Program-made: the position numbers and the translations under genes
The notes under the pieces: generated by a model
What the model was told of the DNA's origin: nothing
The model's database searches: none
The model's input: the letters and a program-made list of their open reading frames with translations, nothing else
In this document: piece after piece, positions 22,521-33,299 of the stretch
How the letters are laid out: each line of letters begins with the position of its first letter
How positions within the stretch are numbered: position 1 is the stretch's first letter
Source: Candidatus Omnitrophota bacterium
GTDB lineage: Bacteria > Omnitrophota > Omnitrophia > Omnitrophales > Aquincolibacteriaceae
Reading direction: 5' to 3'
Assembly (NCBI GenBank): GCA_903856085.1
Contig: CAIOAT010000029.1
Location: 3,507 to 67,506 of the forward strand
Length of the DNA stretch: 64,000 nucleotides

Positions 22521-24347
22521 ATGACTTCCACACAAAAATTCGCCGCAATCATTGTCGGTGCCGGGCACGCAGGCGTCGAAGCCTCCCTGGCCATCGCACG
22601 GTCCGGGCTCCCTGTTCTCGTGATTACCATGGATACGAACGCCATCGCGCGCATGTCCTGCAACCCCGCGATCGGCGGCCTTGCCAAAGGACATATTGTT
22701 CGCGAGATCGATGCGCTTGGCGGAGAAATGGGACTTGCGACCGACGCGACGGGCATTCAATTTCGCATGCTCAACAAGTCCAAGGGCCCGGCCGTGTGGG
22801 CGCCGCGCGCGCAGGCGGATAAGAAACAATACGAGCTTTATATGAAGGGCGTTCTCGAGGCGGAAAAAAATCTCACGCTTCGGCAAGGACAGGTCGTGGA
22901 GCTTCTTGTAAAAGACGGAGCGTGTTACGGCGTTCGTACAAAAGAAGGCGACACGTTTTTAGGCGAGCATGTGATCTTGACCACAGGCACTTTTTTGCAG
23001 GGATTGATCCATGTGGGCGAAGAAAAATTTCCGGGTGGGCGGCGCGATGAACCACCCGCGGTCGGTCTTTCTGATTCACTCCGCAGGCATGGCATCGAGC
23101 TTGTTCGTTTTAAGACAGGGACCCCCCCGCGGCTTCATCAAAAGAGCATCCGTTGGGAAATTCTGGAAGAACAAAAAGGCGATGAGCCGCCGCATCCTTT
23201 TTCCTATCAGACAACAAATTTTAAAGTTGAGCAACTCCCCTGCTTCTTGACGCATACCAATGAAAAAGTTCATGAGATCATTCGGGAAAACCTAAGCCGG
23301 TCCCCGCTTTATGCCGGCCGCATTCTGGGGGTCGGCCCCAGGTATTGTCCTTCGGTGGAAGATAAGGTGGTGAAGTTCCCGGACAAAAAAAGCCACCAGA
23401 TCTATTTGGAGCCCGAAGGACGTGAAACGCACGAGATCTACATGAATGGTTTTTCGACCTCACTTCCAAAAGATGTTCAAGAAAAGGCGCTGCGGCAGAT
23501 CCGCGGGCTTGAGGATGCCGAGATTCTGAAGTTTGGCTACGCGATTGAATACGACGCCGCGCCTCCTACCCAACTGAAACACTCGCTGGAAACCAAAAAG
23601 ATAAGGAATTTGTTTTTTGCGGGGCAGATTAACTGTACTTCCGGCTATGAAGAAGCTGCGGCCCAAGGCCTGATGGCCGGGCTTAATGTTCTCCGCAAGA
23701 TTTTTGGCGGAGGCGAATTTATTCTCGACCGGACCGAGGCGTATATCGCAGTGATGATCGACGATCTTGTGACCTGCGGTACGAATGAGCCCTACCGGAT
23801 GTTTACGTCGCGCGCGGAATTCCGGCTTCTGCTCCGGCAGGACAACGCGGACGAGAGGCTCATGTTTTACGGCCATCAGTTCGGGCTCATTTCCGAACAA
23901 ACATTTTCAGAATTCAACGAACGGATGGACCGAATGCGAAACGACATGCTGGAACTTAAAACAAAAAAAATAGGCGGCGACACGCTTTATCAATATTTGA
24001 AACGACCCGAAGCAAGCTATAACAAGCTTGTATTAAGTGGGTTACACTCATGCAATATGTCATCTGATGAAATTCATTGCGTCGAGACCGAAATAAAATA
24101 CGAAGGATATATTGCCCAACAGAGGCGAGAAGTTAATAAATTTTCGAAACTCGAAAAAAGAAAAATACCCGTCGATTTAAACTACGCGGAAGTTCCTGGG
24201 ATCGGCCGGGAAGCAAAAGAAAAGCTAAAAAAAATCCTACCCGAGTCTATAGGCCATGCGGCACGCATTCCAGGCATTTCTTCCTGCGACCTTTCCCTCC
24301 TCGCCGTCTTTATTGAAAAAAGAACAAGAGACGCGCTCAAGAAGTAA
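22521..24347 (+). CDS. mnmG: tRNA uridine-5-carboxymethylaminomethyl(34) synthesis enzyme MnmG (GidA)
   Basis: GAGHAG.EA, MSCNPAIGG, GPRYCPS.EDK, GYEEAAAQG, EPYRMFTSRAE. Confidence 0.98.
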   Translation: MTSTQKFAAIIVGAGHAGVEASLAIARSGLPVLVITMDTNAIARMSCNPAIGGLAKGHIVREIDALGGEMGLATDATGIQFRMLNKSKGPAVWAPRAQADKKQYELYMKGVLEAEKNLTLRQGQVVELLVKDGACYGVRTKEGDTFLGEHVILTTGTFLQGLIHVGEEKFPGGRRDEPPAVGLSDSLRRHGIELVRFKTGTPPRLHQKSIRWEILEEQKGDEPPHPFSYQTTNFKVEQLPCFLTHTNEKVHEIIRENLSRSPLYAGRILGVGPRYCPSVEDKVVKFPDKKSHQIYLEPEGRETHEIYMNGFSTSLPKDVQEKALRQIRGLEDAEILKFGYAIEYDAAPPTQLKHSLETKKIRNLFFAGQINCTSGYEEAAAQGLMAGLNVLRKIFGGGEFILDRTEAYIAVMIDDLVTCGTNEPYRMFTSRAEFRLLLRQDNADERLMFYGHQFGLISEQTFSEFNERMDRMRNDMLELKTKKIGGDTLYQYLKRPEASYNKLVLSGLHSCNMSSDEIHCVETEIKYEGYIAQQRREVNKFSKLEKRKIPVDLNYAEVPGIGREAKEKLKKILPESIGHAARIPGISSCDLSLLAVFIEKRTRDALKK

Positions 24348-24683
24348 AAGAGTCTTTGAAAGCGATTCTAAGAACCTGCGGCTTTCAATCATGAGCCGGC
24401 AGCTCGTCTAGCGCCAGGCAGTGCAGCGCAAGCCTCGATAGCATAATGAAATATGCGCAGACATTTTAACGCCACAGTCAAAGATGGTTCGCTAATAAGC
24501 CCCACTATTTAAAACGGCCGCCGCTTTCTTTAACTTTCGAATAAATTTCTAAAGGTACGGTTTATATCGCGAAAAGGCATGGATAGTCGTGATGTATTGC
24601 AGGAGGATACTCATGACTGTGTTTTATAAGAATCAATACGACATGGCTATAAAGCGTTTATCTGTATGAGAAAAATAGAATAA

Positions 24684-24699
24684 TGTTTCACGTGAAACA
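24684..24699. promoter_or_regulatory. parS site
   Basis: Perfect palindrome TGTTTCACGTGAAACA upstream of parAB. Confidence 0.95.
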
Positions 24700-24994
24700 A
24701 TCCACAAAAGACGGATAATAAAATATGCTCAGCGGTAAGAGTTGCTCGTGGAATATGGCTATGTTTTTTGAGGAAAACGGTCTATCGCGGAATGTTAGTA
24801 AAAGAGTTCTTAGCGGGACGCTTTGATAAAAACATCTCTTGAGACCAAAAAGCGAATGTTTATTATGGGCGTTCAAATAAAACAGCACAAATTTAGTTTG
24901 CCACAAAAGCAAATGTGTGTAAAATATCCAAAGAAAAGGACGATATGATCGCGTAGACGAATAATAGTAATTTTAAAAGCTCTGCCAATAGGAA

Positions 24995-25010
24995 CGTTTC
25001 ACGTGAAACA
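24995..25010. promoter_or_regulatory. parS site
   Basis: CGTTTCACGTGAAACA, immediately upstream of the parA RBS. Confidence 0.92.
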
Positions 25011-25022
25011 TTCGGAGGATAT

Positions 25023-25916
25023 ATGGGGAAAACATTCTCATTCTTTAATCAAAAAGGAGGCGTCGGAAAAACGACCTCTGTCATCAACATAGCTACTGTT
25101 GTCGCCGGATTTGGGAAGAAAGTTTTACTAATAGATCTTGATTCGCAAGGCAATGCTACAAGCGGAGTTGGGATAGAAAAGAACGAAAATGAATCAACAG
25201 CTTATCAACTTCTTGTGGAAAACTCGGATCCTGCCGCGAGTATCAAGAAAACAACCATAGAGAGCCTTTGGATTATACCGTCAAATGCCCATCTGGCTGG
25301 CGCCGAGATGCATTTGATTAGCCAAGAAAAAAGAGAGTTTATTCTTAAAGAACAACTGAAAAAGATCTCAAACGATTACGATTTTATATTTCTTGATTGC
25401 CCGCCATCGCTTGGGCTAATAAGCATAAACGCTTTAACAGCAAGTAGTTATATAATCATACCACTTCAATGTGAATATTATGCACTTGAGGGTCTTGGAC
25501 AACTCCTTAACACCTATCAGCTTGTCAAAAAAAATCTAAGTGCGGAGCTTGAGCTTGGGGGCGTCATTCTGACCATGGCGGATTTTCGGACCAACCTCAC
25601 ACAGCAAGTTATAGAAGAGGTCCGTAATTATTTTAAAGAAAAAGCTTTTCAGAGCGTAATTCCAAGATCGGTAAAACTTTCCGAGGCGCCAAGCTTTGGA
25701 AAGCCAGCTGTTATTTATGACCCGCACAACCGTGGGTCTTTGGCCTATACAGAACTCGGGAAGGAATTTTTGATGCGCTTTGGCTCAGACGACGACCGGA
25801 AAGATTTTGCTCGAGTTGTGCAGGAGACCGTTGTTTCCACGACTCCAGAAGAGATGCAAAACACGGAAGCCGCGCCAGAATCCGAACAACCCCAGGCAGC
25901 CCAAACGAATCCGTAA
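25023..25916 (+). CDS. parA: Chromosome partitioning ATPase ParA/Soj
   Basis: NQKGGVGKTT, DLDSQGNAT, DCPPSLG, QCEYYALEG, LSEAPSFG. Confidence 0.96.
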   Translation: MGKTFSFFNQKGGVGKTTSVINIATVVAGFGKKVLLIDLDSQGNATSGVGIEKNENESTAYQLLVENSDPAASIKKTTIESLWIIPSNAHLAGAEMHLISQEKREFILKEQLKKISNDYDFIFLDCPPSLGLISINALTASSYIIIPLQCEYYALEGLGQLLNTYQLVKKNLSAELELGGVILTMADFRTNLTQQVIEEVRNYFKEKAFQSVIPRSVKLSEAPSFGKPAVIYDPHNRGSLAYTELGKEFLMRFGSDDDRKDFARVVQETVVSTTPEEMQNTEAAPESEQPQAAQTNP

Positions 25917-25952
25917 AACATATAACTTGTTTATAGAGAAGGAGTTAAAAAA

Positions 25953-26900
25953 ATGAAAAAAGCTCTTGGTAAAGGATTAAGCGCGCTGATTCCTGACAGC
26001 TATAAGGAACATATGGCCGCGACAGAAAAAGAAAATCTCACAACAGCGGCCACCATTACCTCGGAGCCAGAGGCTATTGTGAGCGCAGCGGTTCTTCCGG
26101 CGAAGGACTCGGCATTTCAGCTGATACCAACATCATTGATTGCGCCAAATGCAGACCAACCGCGCAAAAATTTTAACGTAGAAACGATAGAAGAACTTGC
26201 GAGCTCTATTCGCGAAAAAGGTATCTTGCAGCCGATCATCGTGAAGAAGAAAGGCGAGGGAGCTTTTGAGATAGTGTGCGGCGAGCGACGCTTTCGCGCC
26301 GCGACGCTTTGCGGCTTGGCGGAAGTGCCAGCCATCATTAAAGATATCGCGGACGAAGATTTCCTGGAATGGGCGCTGATCGAGAACATTCAGCGCGAAG
26401 ACTTGAATCCTATCGAGGAAGCGGAAGCGTATCAGCGCCTCGTGGAAGAGCGAATGATCTCCCAAGAAGAGGTCGCGAAGCGGGTGGGGAAGAACCGCGT
26501 AACGGTTACGAACACGCTCAGACTTTTACGCCTGCCCCCGGAAGTGAAACAATATTTGGCGGACGGCAGACTATCCGCGGGACACGCGCGCGCGCTCCTC
26601 GGACTTCTGTCCCCGGAACATCAAAGGCAAATGGCCAAAAGAATCGTCGATGAGAATTTGTCGGTGCGCCAGGTCGAAGCCATCGTCAATCGAAGCAATG
26701 CGCATAAGCGAAAGGCGAAGTCCGCCCGGCATCTCAGCGCCGAAATCGTGGATCTTGAAACGCGCCTCACACATTTTCTCGGAACCCAGGCAAAGATCTA
26801 TCCGCGAAAGAACCAGAAAGAAGGTCGCCTTGAGATCCAGTATTTTTCTTTAGACGATCTCGATCGCGTTCTCCAGAAGATTGGTCTGCCGAAAGGTTGA
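25953..26900 (+). CDS. parB: Chromosome partitioning CTPase ParB/Spo0J
   Basis: ALGKGLSALI, QPRKNF, GERRFRA, ENIQREDLNPIEEA, GHARAL. Confidence 0.96.
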   Translation: MKKALGKGLSALIPDSYKEHMAATEKENLTTAATITSEPEAIVSAAVLPAKDSAFQLIPTSLIAPNADQPRKNFNVETIEELASSIREKGILQPIIVKKKGEGAFEIVCGERRFRAATLCGLAEVPAIIKDIADEDFLEWALIENIQREDLNPIEEAEAYQRLVEERMISQEEVAKRVGKNRVTVTNTLRLLRLPPEVKQYLADGRLSAGHARALLGLLSPEHQRQMAKRIVDENLSVRQVEAIVNRSNAHKRKAKSARHLSAEIVDLETRLTHFLGTQAKIYPRKNQKEGRLEIQYFSLDDLDRVLQKIGLPKG

Positions 26901-27021
26901 CCTAGACGAATTCCATTTCCACTCCCGCAGAAAGTGATAAATAGGGGACGGATTTTTCGGAAGGCGTCCTCCATTTAACAAGCGAGAGCGAAAAGAGCCT
27001 TTACAGAAGTCCTAGCCCCTG

Positions 27022-27030
27022 TGCTATAAT
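27022..27030 (+). promoter_or_regulatory. Extended -10 promoter for the sugar locus
   Basis: TG-C-TATAAT about 175 nt upstream of the substrate-binding protein start. Confidence 0.5.
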
Positions 27031-27203
27031 TCCCGCACTTTATCGCTTTTGTATGCGGTTCTTATCACTAGGATCGCGTCAGTTTAATTTCGATGGATGC
27101 ACAGCGCGGCACGGCGAACCTGAAAATTAATATCAAAGCAGTGCTCAGAGAAAGCAATTCCTCGCGAAGCCGATAGACGCCTTTCAAGCGAAGGGGATTC
27201 CGG

Positions 27204-28499
27204 ATGTCAAAAAGTTTTTGGGCGGTGAGTTTTCCCATTCTTTTAACAATCTTTGTTTTGGCCGGCTGCGGTTCTCCGGTTGAGACGGGGAGCCAAGGCG
27301 CCACGGAAGTTAAGGTGAGCTTCTGGGGAACGCCCGAAGAGATCGGTATTATTACCGACGCTCTTACGCCGTGGCAGGCAGAACATCCTGAGATCAAGAT
27401 CGTTTTTGAACACACGCCCTACACAGGCTACATTAGCAAAATCCTCACACGGATCGCCGGAGGCGCGGCACCGGACATCATCGCTACCGAGGTCGATTAT
27501 TTCGTGACCTTCGCGACCAAAGGCGTTCTGGAAGACCTGACGCCGTATGAGGTTGCCGACCCGAAAGATTTTAATAAGAGCGATTTCTTTCCGCAGATCA
27601 TCGATCGCTTCACTTATCAGGGAAAACTTCTGGCTATCCCGCGCGACATTGCTCCGTTTGCTTGTGTGTTCTACAATAAAAAAGTTTTTGACGAAGCGAA
27701 GATCCCTTATCCGACAGATGACTGGAACTGGAGCGACATGCTACGCCTCGCGCGCGAACTCACCAAAAAAGACAGCGCCGGGCGCGTAACACAGTACGGT
27801 TTTTACACCTGGGCTTGGCAGAATTTCATTTATGGGAATGGCGGGGGACTCGTGGATAATGTTAAAAATCCTACGAAGACACGGCTGGACGACGATCGCT
27901 CCATCATGGGGATTCAGTTTTATGCCGATCTGAGCAATTTATATGAAGCCATGCCGACGCCCACAGCCTTCATGAATTTTGGAATGGGTGCGGACCGGAT
28001 GTTTGCCAACGGACGCATCGCGATGTTCCTTTCCGGCATTTGGGAAGCCCCGCAATTTCGAAATTACAACTTCGAATGGGATGTAGTGATGTTTCCCAAG
28101 AACGATAAAGGAGTTCGCGCGTTCGGGACCGGAGGCACGGGCTATGCGATCCTTAAGTCCTCTAAACATAAAAAGGCGGCCTGGGAAGTGATTAAGGCCC
28201 TGACGGGTCCCGAAGGGCAACGGCAATTCGCCAAGCGAGGTCTCGCTCAGCCCGCCCGAATCTCTGTGGCAAATAGCGATGCATTCGCCGGAGACGTGTC
28301 CGCTCCCGCCAACAAGAAGATGCTTAATGAAGCGGTTCAGTACGCGGTCTTCAGCCCCTTCCACCCCAAATGGCGCGAGATCGAAGAAAAATATATCCGC
28401 CCGAAACTCGATCTTATTTTTAGCGGGAAGAAAACCGCCGCGGAAGCCGCTAAGGAGCTGGCGCCCGAAGTTAACGCCCAGCTGCAGGAATCCGAATAA
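27204..28499 (+). CDS. Sugar ABC transporter substrate-binding lipoprotein
   Basis: Lipobox LAGC; AGGAAPDI, FYNKKVFDEA.IPYP..DWNW, FANGRIAM. Confidence 0.9.
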   Translation: MSKSFWAVSFPILLTIFVLAGCGSPVETGSQGATEVKVSFWGTPEEIGIITDALTPWQAEHPEIKIVFEHTPYTGYISKILTRIAGGAAPDIIATEVDYFVTFATKGVLEDLTPYEVADPKDFNKSDFFPQIIDRFTYQGKLLAIPRDIAPFACVFYNKKVFDEAKIPYPTDDWNWSDMLRLARELTKKDSAGRVTQYGFYTWAWQNFIYGNGGGLVDNVKNPTKTRLDDDRSIMGIQFYADLSNLYEAMPTPTAFMNFGMGADRMFANGRIAMFLSGIWEAPQFRNYNFEWDVVMFPKNDKGVRAFGTGGTGYAILKSSKHKKAAWEVIKALTGPEGQRQFAKRGLAQPARISVANSDAFAGDVSAPANKKMLNEAVQYAVFSPFHPKWREIEEKYIRPKLDLIFSGKKTAAEAAKELAPEVNAQLQESE

Positions 28500-28543
28500 A
28501 CAAACTCATTTTAAAGTAAAAAAGCCAAGGAGTTTTTGCCGTC

Positions 28544-31000
28544 ATGCCCAGAAAATCCAAAGAAAGAAAAAAAGCGGAAGCAAAAATGCTTTTGAAGGAA
28601 GACGGGGTCGAAAAGAAATTCGCTTCAAAATACGGTTACTTCACGGCCGATGGGCGCGAGTTTGTCATCACGCGTCCGGATACGCCGCGCCCGTGGGTGA
28701 ACGTGATCTCCAACGGGGATTATGGCGTGATCGAAACGCAAACCGGTTCCGGATTTTCATGGCGCGACAACTCGAACCTGTCACGCGTCACGCGCTGGGA
28801 TCAGGATTTGATCCGTGACAACTGGGGCAAATATATTTATGTGCGCGACCGGGATAACGGAGACTATTGGTCCGGGACCTGGAAGCCGTGCATGCCGAAG
28901 TATGATTTTTTTGAAGTAAGACACGGGCAGGGATATTCGATCCTGACGAGCAAACTTCACGGGATAAGGCTTGAGAAAACGATCTTTGTCGACGTGGAAG
29001 ATCCGGTCGAGGTTTGGAAGGTCGTTTTGACGAATCAATCCGGGAAAAAACGCCGCTTGAGCCTTTTTACCTATTTTGACTGGTGTCTCGGAAATTGGTC
29101 GGACACGCATCGTGAATTTCATAAAACGTTCATCGAGACCTGGATCGATAAAAAGAACGGTTGTGTCCATGGCGTCAAGCGCGCGCCGCTCGTGCCTGGA
29201 TTTATTTCAACCGGGATGACCGAAAAACCGCTTCAAGGGTTCCACGCGGCGAACCCCAAACCTGTGGCCTATGACGGCGACAAGGAATCTTTTCTGGGAC
29301 GCTATGGTGAGATCCACGCGCCGGCCGCGGTGGTGGAAGGAAAATGCCGGAACTCGGAAGGGAAGTGGGGCGATGCGTCGGCGAGCCTCCAAGTCGACGT
29401 CGAGCTCGATCCTAAGGAGTCCAAAACCGTGATCTTCACGCTGGGTTCGACGCGCAACCGGGAAGAAGCCGAACGGATCATCCAAAAATATTCTCACCCC
29501 AGGGTCGTGGAACAGGAGCTTCACAAGGTCAAGGCGCTTTGGGATTCTTTTATCCATGCCTCCGAGATTGAAACGCCGGACGAAGCAATGAATTTCATGA
29601 CGAACACCTGGATGAAGTATCAGGCGATCTCCGCGCGCATCTGGGCCAAGTGCGCTTATTACCAGTCAAGCGGCGGCTACGGGTTCCGGGACCAATTGCA
29701 AGATTGCCAGATCTTTTTCGCGACAAGGCCCGAACTCGCAAAAAAACAGATCCTTCTTCACGCGGAGCAACAATTTCCGGACGGGACGGTCTATCACTGG
29801 TGGCATCACGGCACGAATATCGGCGCCATTACGCATTGTTCCGACGACTTGCTGTGGCTTGATTTCATCACGCTGAACTATCTTGATGAAACCGCCGACG
29901 ATGCGATCCTGAATGCGGTGGTGAAATTCCTGCCTGATCCGAAAACCAAAGAGGTCGCCTCGGGGACACTTTACGATCACATGCTTCGTGCGATCGACAA
30001 GGCGCTTACGAGGTTCTCGCCGCGCGGGCTGCCCTTGATCGGCGAATGTGATTGGAACGACGGGCTAAGCCATGTGGGCACGAAGTGGAAAGGCGAGTCA
30101 ATCTGGCTCGGGCATTTTCTCTACGGCATTTTGAACCGGATTGCTCCGATCATGGAAAAGCGTGGCGATAAAACAAAAGCTGCGGAATATCTCCGTCGCG
30201 CGGAGGCGATGAAAAAAGCGCTCAACACCGAAGGATGGGACGGGGAATGGTATTTGGGGGCGACTCGCGACGACGGAAGACCGCTCGGCAGCAAAAAATG
30301 TGAGACCGGAAAAATCTTCCTTAATTGTCAAACCTGGGCCGTCATTACGGGCGTGGCGGACGCAAAGCGCGCTCGAATTGCAATGGATTCAGCCGCGAAG
30401 TGGCTTTACAAAAAATACGGGCCGCTTCTTTTGACGCCTGGCTATAACACGACCGACGCGACGATCGGTTACATCACCCGTTACGCTCCCTCCGTCCGTG
30501 AGAACGGCGGGCTTTACACGCATGCCGGCACCTGGGCGATTCAGGCGGAAGCGATAATGCGCGACGGAGAAAAGGCGCATCAAGTTTACAAGAGTTTTAA
30601 CCCCGCGACGCGCGGTCTGGAACCGGATATTTATTACAGCGAGCCTTATGTGACGCCTGGAAATGTAGACGGGCCGGACTCACCCAACAATGGCCGCGGC
30701 GGCTGGACTTGGTATACGGGTTCCGCGGCGTGGTATGAGGTGGTGGCCATGAACTGGATCTTGGGCATTCGTCCTACCGCCAAGGGATTGATCGTAGATC
30801 CCGTGATCCCTAAGAAATGGCCAGGATTCAAGATGAAACGCCTTTTCCGAGGCAGCACCTACTTGATCGAGGTAAAAAACCCCCAACAAACCGGGCAGGG
30901 GGTCCAGTCTGTCGTGGTGGATGGGAAAAAGCAGAAGGAAAATCTTATCCCGGACCTGCGGGACGGCAGAACTCACCGGGTTGAAGTTACGCTCGGATAA
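28544..31000 (+). CDS. GH94 glycoside phosphorylase
   Basis: TPRPWVNVI, GFRDQLQD, catalytic DWND, RENGG.YTH, GRGGWTWYTGSA. Confidence 0.92.
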   Translation: MPRKSKERKKAEAKMLLKEDGVEKKFASKYGYFTADGREFVITRPDTPRPWVNVISNGDYGVIETQTGSGFSWRDNSNLSRVTRWDQDLIRDNWGKYIYVRDRDNGDYWSGTWKPCMPKYDFFEVRHGQGYSILTSKLHGIRLEKTIFVDVEDPVEVWKVVLTNQSGKKRRLSLFTYFDWCLGNWSDTHREFHKTFIETWIDKKNGCVHGVKRAPLVPGFISTGMTEKPLQGFHAANPKPVAYDGDKESFLGRYGEIHAPAAVVEGKCRNSEGKWGDASASLQVDVELDPKESKTVIFTLGSTRNREEAERIIQKYSHPRVVEQELHKVKALWDSFIHASEIETPDEAMNFMTNTWMKYQAISARIWAKCAYYQSSGGYGFRDQLQDCQIFFATRPELAKKQILLHAEQQFPDGTVYHWWHHGTNIGAITHCSDDLLWLDFITLNYLDETADDAILNAVVKFLPDPKTKEVASGTLYDHMLRAIDKALTRFSPRGLPLIGECDWNDGLSHVGTKWKGESIWLGHFLYGILNRIAPIMEKRGDKTKAAEYLRRAEAMKKALNTEGWDGEWYLGATRDDGRPLGSKKCETGKIFLNCQTWAVITGVADAKRARIAMDSAAKWLYKKYGPLLLTPGYNTTDATIGYITRYAPSVRENGGLYTHAGTWAIQAEAIMRDGEKAHQVYKSFNPATRGLEPDIYYSEPYVTPGNVDGPDSPNNGRGGWTWYTGSAAWYEVVAMNWILGIRPTAKGLIVDPVIPKKWPGFKMKRLFRGSTYLIEVKNPQQTGQGVQSVVVDGKKQKENLIPDLRDGRTHRVEVTLG

Positions 31001-31008
31001 ATTAAAAA

Positions 31009-33105
31009 ATGACCCTTCAAAAGAAGCATTTCCTGGGCGTGAGGCAACTCCCGGGAAATGCTTTTTTGTTTTTTGTCGCCGCGTGTTTTCTTGGAGCGTT
31101 CCTTCCGACGAGTCTCGCTGTCCCCAAAACCCAGAAACAAAAACCCAAGGAGACCTATGTTCAACAAATTGGTCCCGCAAGCGGAGAAGCGCCGCTTGAT
31201 ATTGGGAAAGTCTACAACATCGTTCCTGCCGGCAAACCCCTTCGGGTCTCGACTCAATTTAAGGTCGTGGATGATTTTAACGCCGGAGAGCTCAAGAACA
31301 GTCTTGGGGGGGCCTGGATTGTAGACAAAGGGGAGGAAAAAAAGGTTCGGCTAGATCTGAAAAAAGAAGACGCGCGCAACACGAAAGCCGGAGGCTCTTT
31401 ATGGGCGAGAGTCAATCTCAAGAGAAAAGAAAAAGCGACTTTCAAAACCTCTCTTGAAAGGCTGGATATGAGCGCGGCCCACTACCTTGCGCTTAAGTGC
31501 AAAACCGATTCTTCAGCGCCTTTTAAAGGACGCCTGCGCATTGCCCTGACGGATTGGGCGGGGAAGACCGTGGAGAAGGACATCACAGACGCTTGCCTAG
31601 AAAAAGAAGGGTGGAATGAAGCGGTTCTGCCGATGCAGGTTTTTATGGGCGTCGATCTTGATCAGCTGAAGTTTCTTTCTTTCAGTGCGTTTGCGCGGGA
31701 CCGGAACCTGGCGGGAAAACTGGGACTGGACGAAATTACTTTCGTGGGACATTCAGAGGTTGGATTTGAAAGCGTGGAGGATAATTTTGTCGGGTTCCCA
31801 CACTCCGTTTTGGACGAGCACCGGCGCGAAGAGCTTTTGGCGACCCGAAGCGACAAAGAACTGCTTTTGAAGATCGCCAAAGATACCTGGCAGTATTTTG
31901 AAAATGCTACCGACAAAAGGAACCATCTTATCTCGGACCATTTTAAGGTCGGGGATTTCCCGCTCGCGGCCGCCTACACTTCCCCCACGAATATCGCCCT
32001 GGATCTTATGGGGACCGTCGCCGCAAGAGAGCTGAAGATCATTACTCCGGAAGCAGCGGCCAAGCGCGTTCAGAACAATTTGAAAACACTTAAAAAGCTG
32101 GATGCGTGGAAAGGCTTTTTTTTCAACTTTTATGAAACGACCCAGCTAGGGGTGTCCAACCAGTTCGTTTCAAGCGTGGACAACGGATGGCTTGCCATTG
32201 CGCTTGTGGTCGTTCGCCAGGCTTTTCCGGGGGAGATCGCGCAGGAAGCTACGGCCATTCTGGACCGATTTCATTTCCAAGAGTTCCTGGATCCAGAAAC
32301 CAATCACCTCGCTCTTGGGTACGACGTGACCCGGCAAAGTCCCACTCCGTATCATTATGGAATGCTTGTGACCGAAGCGCGCGCGATGAGTCTTTACGCG
32401 ATCGGCAAGGGAGATCTCCCGAAAGAGCATTGGTGGTATCTTTATCGCACGGCGCCGGACGCGTGGGAATGGCAAACGCAAAAACCAAAGGGCAAAATGA
32501 TCGAGCGGGACAAGGTCAATTATTTCCAGGGTTATTATGAGGAGGGAAAGACAAAATTTGTGCCAAGCTGGGGAGGCTCCCTTTTTGAATTTTTGATGCC
32601 GACGATGGTGATTAACGAACAAAAATTCGCTTCCAAAGGGCTCGGACTCAACGACACGATCGTAACCGAACTTCACCGAGACTACGCCTTGAAGGAAAAA
32701 AAATATCCCGCTTGGGGGATCTCGCCCTCTGCGACCGCTGATGGACGACGCTGGATGTATGGCGAGTACGGTATAAAGAAACTAGGGACGAAAGGGTATC
32801 CCGATCGCGGCGTGATCACTCCCCATGCGAGCTTCCTAGCACTGGACTCTTTGCCCAAGGACGCGATCAAGAATATTCGCAAACTTCTCACGTTTGACCT
32901 TTATGGGGAATATGGCTTTTATGATTCGATCACTTTCCCAGGTCAAAAAGTGAACACTCAATATCTGGCTCTGGACCAAGGGATGGTCCTTATCCCGATC
33001 GCGAACTATCTGAAAAAAGGCGTGATTCAGGACTATTTTCACAGAGACCCCGTCGGTAAAAAAGCGAAAGAGTTATTAGAACAGGAAAATTTTTTCAAGA
33101 ACTGA
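31009..33105 (+). CDS. Secreted beta-glucan-active enzyme (CBM-like N-domain plus DUF3131/glucoamylase-like domain; Cgs-GH189/GH144 clan)
   Basis: Signal or TM segment; TWQYF, YTSPTNI, SSVDNGWL, TEAR, SWGGSLFEFLMP, WGISPS, GEYGFYDS, LALDQGM. Confidence 0.75.
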   Translation: MTLQKKHFLGVRQLPGNAFLFFVAACFLGAFLPTSLAVPKTQKQKPKETYVQQIGPASGEAPLDIGKVYNIVPAGKPLRVSTQFKVVDDFNAGELKNSLGGAWIVDKGEEKKVRLDLKKEDARNTKAGGSLWARVNLKRKEKATFKTSLERLDMSAAHYLALKCKTDSSAPFKGRLRIALTDWAGKTVEKDITDACLEKEGWNEAVLPMQVFMGVDLDQLKFLSFSAFARDRNLAGKLGLDEITFVGHSEVGFESVEDNFVGFPHSVLDEHRREELLATRSDKELLLKIAKDTWQYFENATDKRNHLISDHFKVGDFPLAAAYTSPTNIALDLMGTVAARELKIITPEAAAKRVQNNLKTLKKLDAWKGFFFNFYETTQLGVSNQFVSSVDNGWLAIALVVVRQAFPGEIAQEATAILDRFHFQEFLDPETNHLALGYDVTRQSPTPYHYGMLVTEARAMSLYAIGKGDLPKEHWWYLYRTAPDAWEWQTQKPKGKMIERDKVNYFQGYYEEGKTKFVPSWGGSLFEFLMPTMVINEQKFASKGLGLNDTIVTELHRDYALKEKKYPAWGISPSATADGRRWMYGEYGIKKLGTKGYPDRGVITPHASFLALDSLPKDAIKNIRKLLTFDLYGEYGFYDSITFPGQKVNTQYLALDQGMVLIPIANYLKKGVIQDYFHRDPVGKKAKELLEQENFFKN

Positions 33106-33299
33106 GGAGCGCTAATCCCTTTTCTGGTCGGGGGTTGCGCCTTCTTATAAAAAAGTTTTAATATCCACGACAAGTGGCGCTCAATTAATGCTTTGAAAAA
33201 GCATATTGTGGAGTTAAAATGAGTGACAATTGTGGCACTTATATAGTTACAAGATAACAAGTTATGAAAACAGCGAATTTTGAAAGGAGCAACCCTTCA

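Noticed and set aside
27031-27203. Possible riboswitch in the long leader of the sugar-binding protein gene
   Set aside because: No recognisable aptamer consensus or convincing terminator could be identified by eye.
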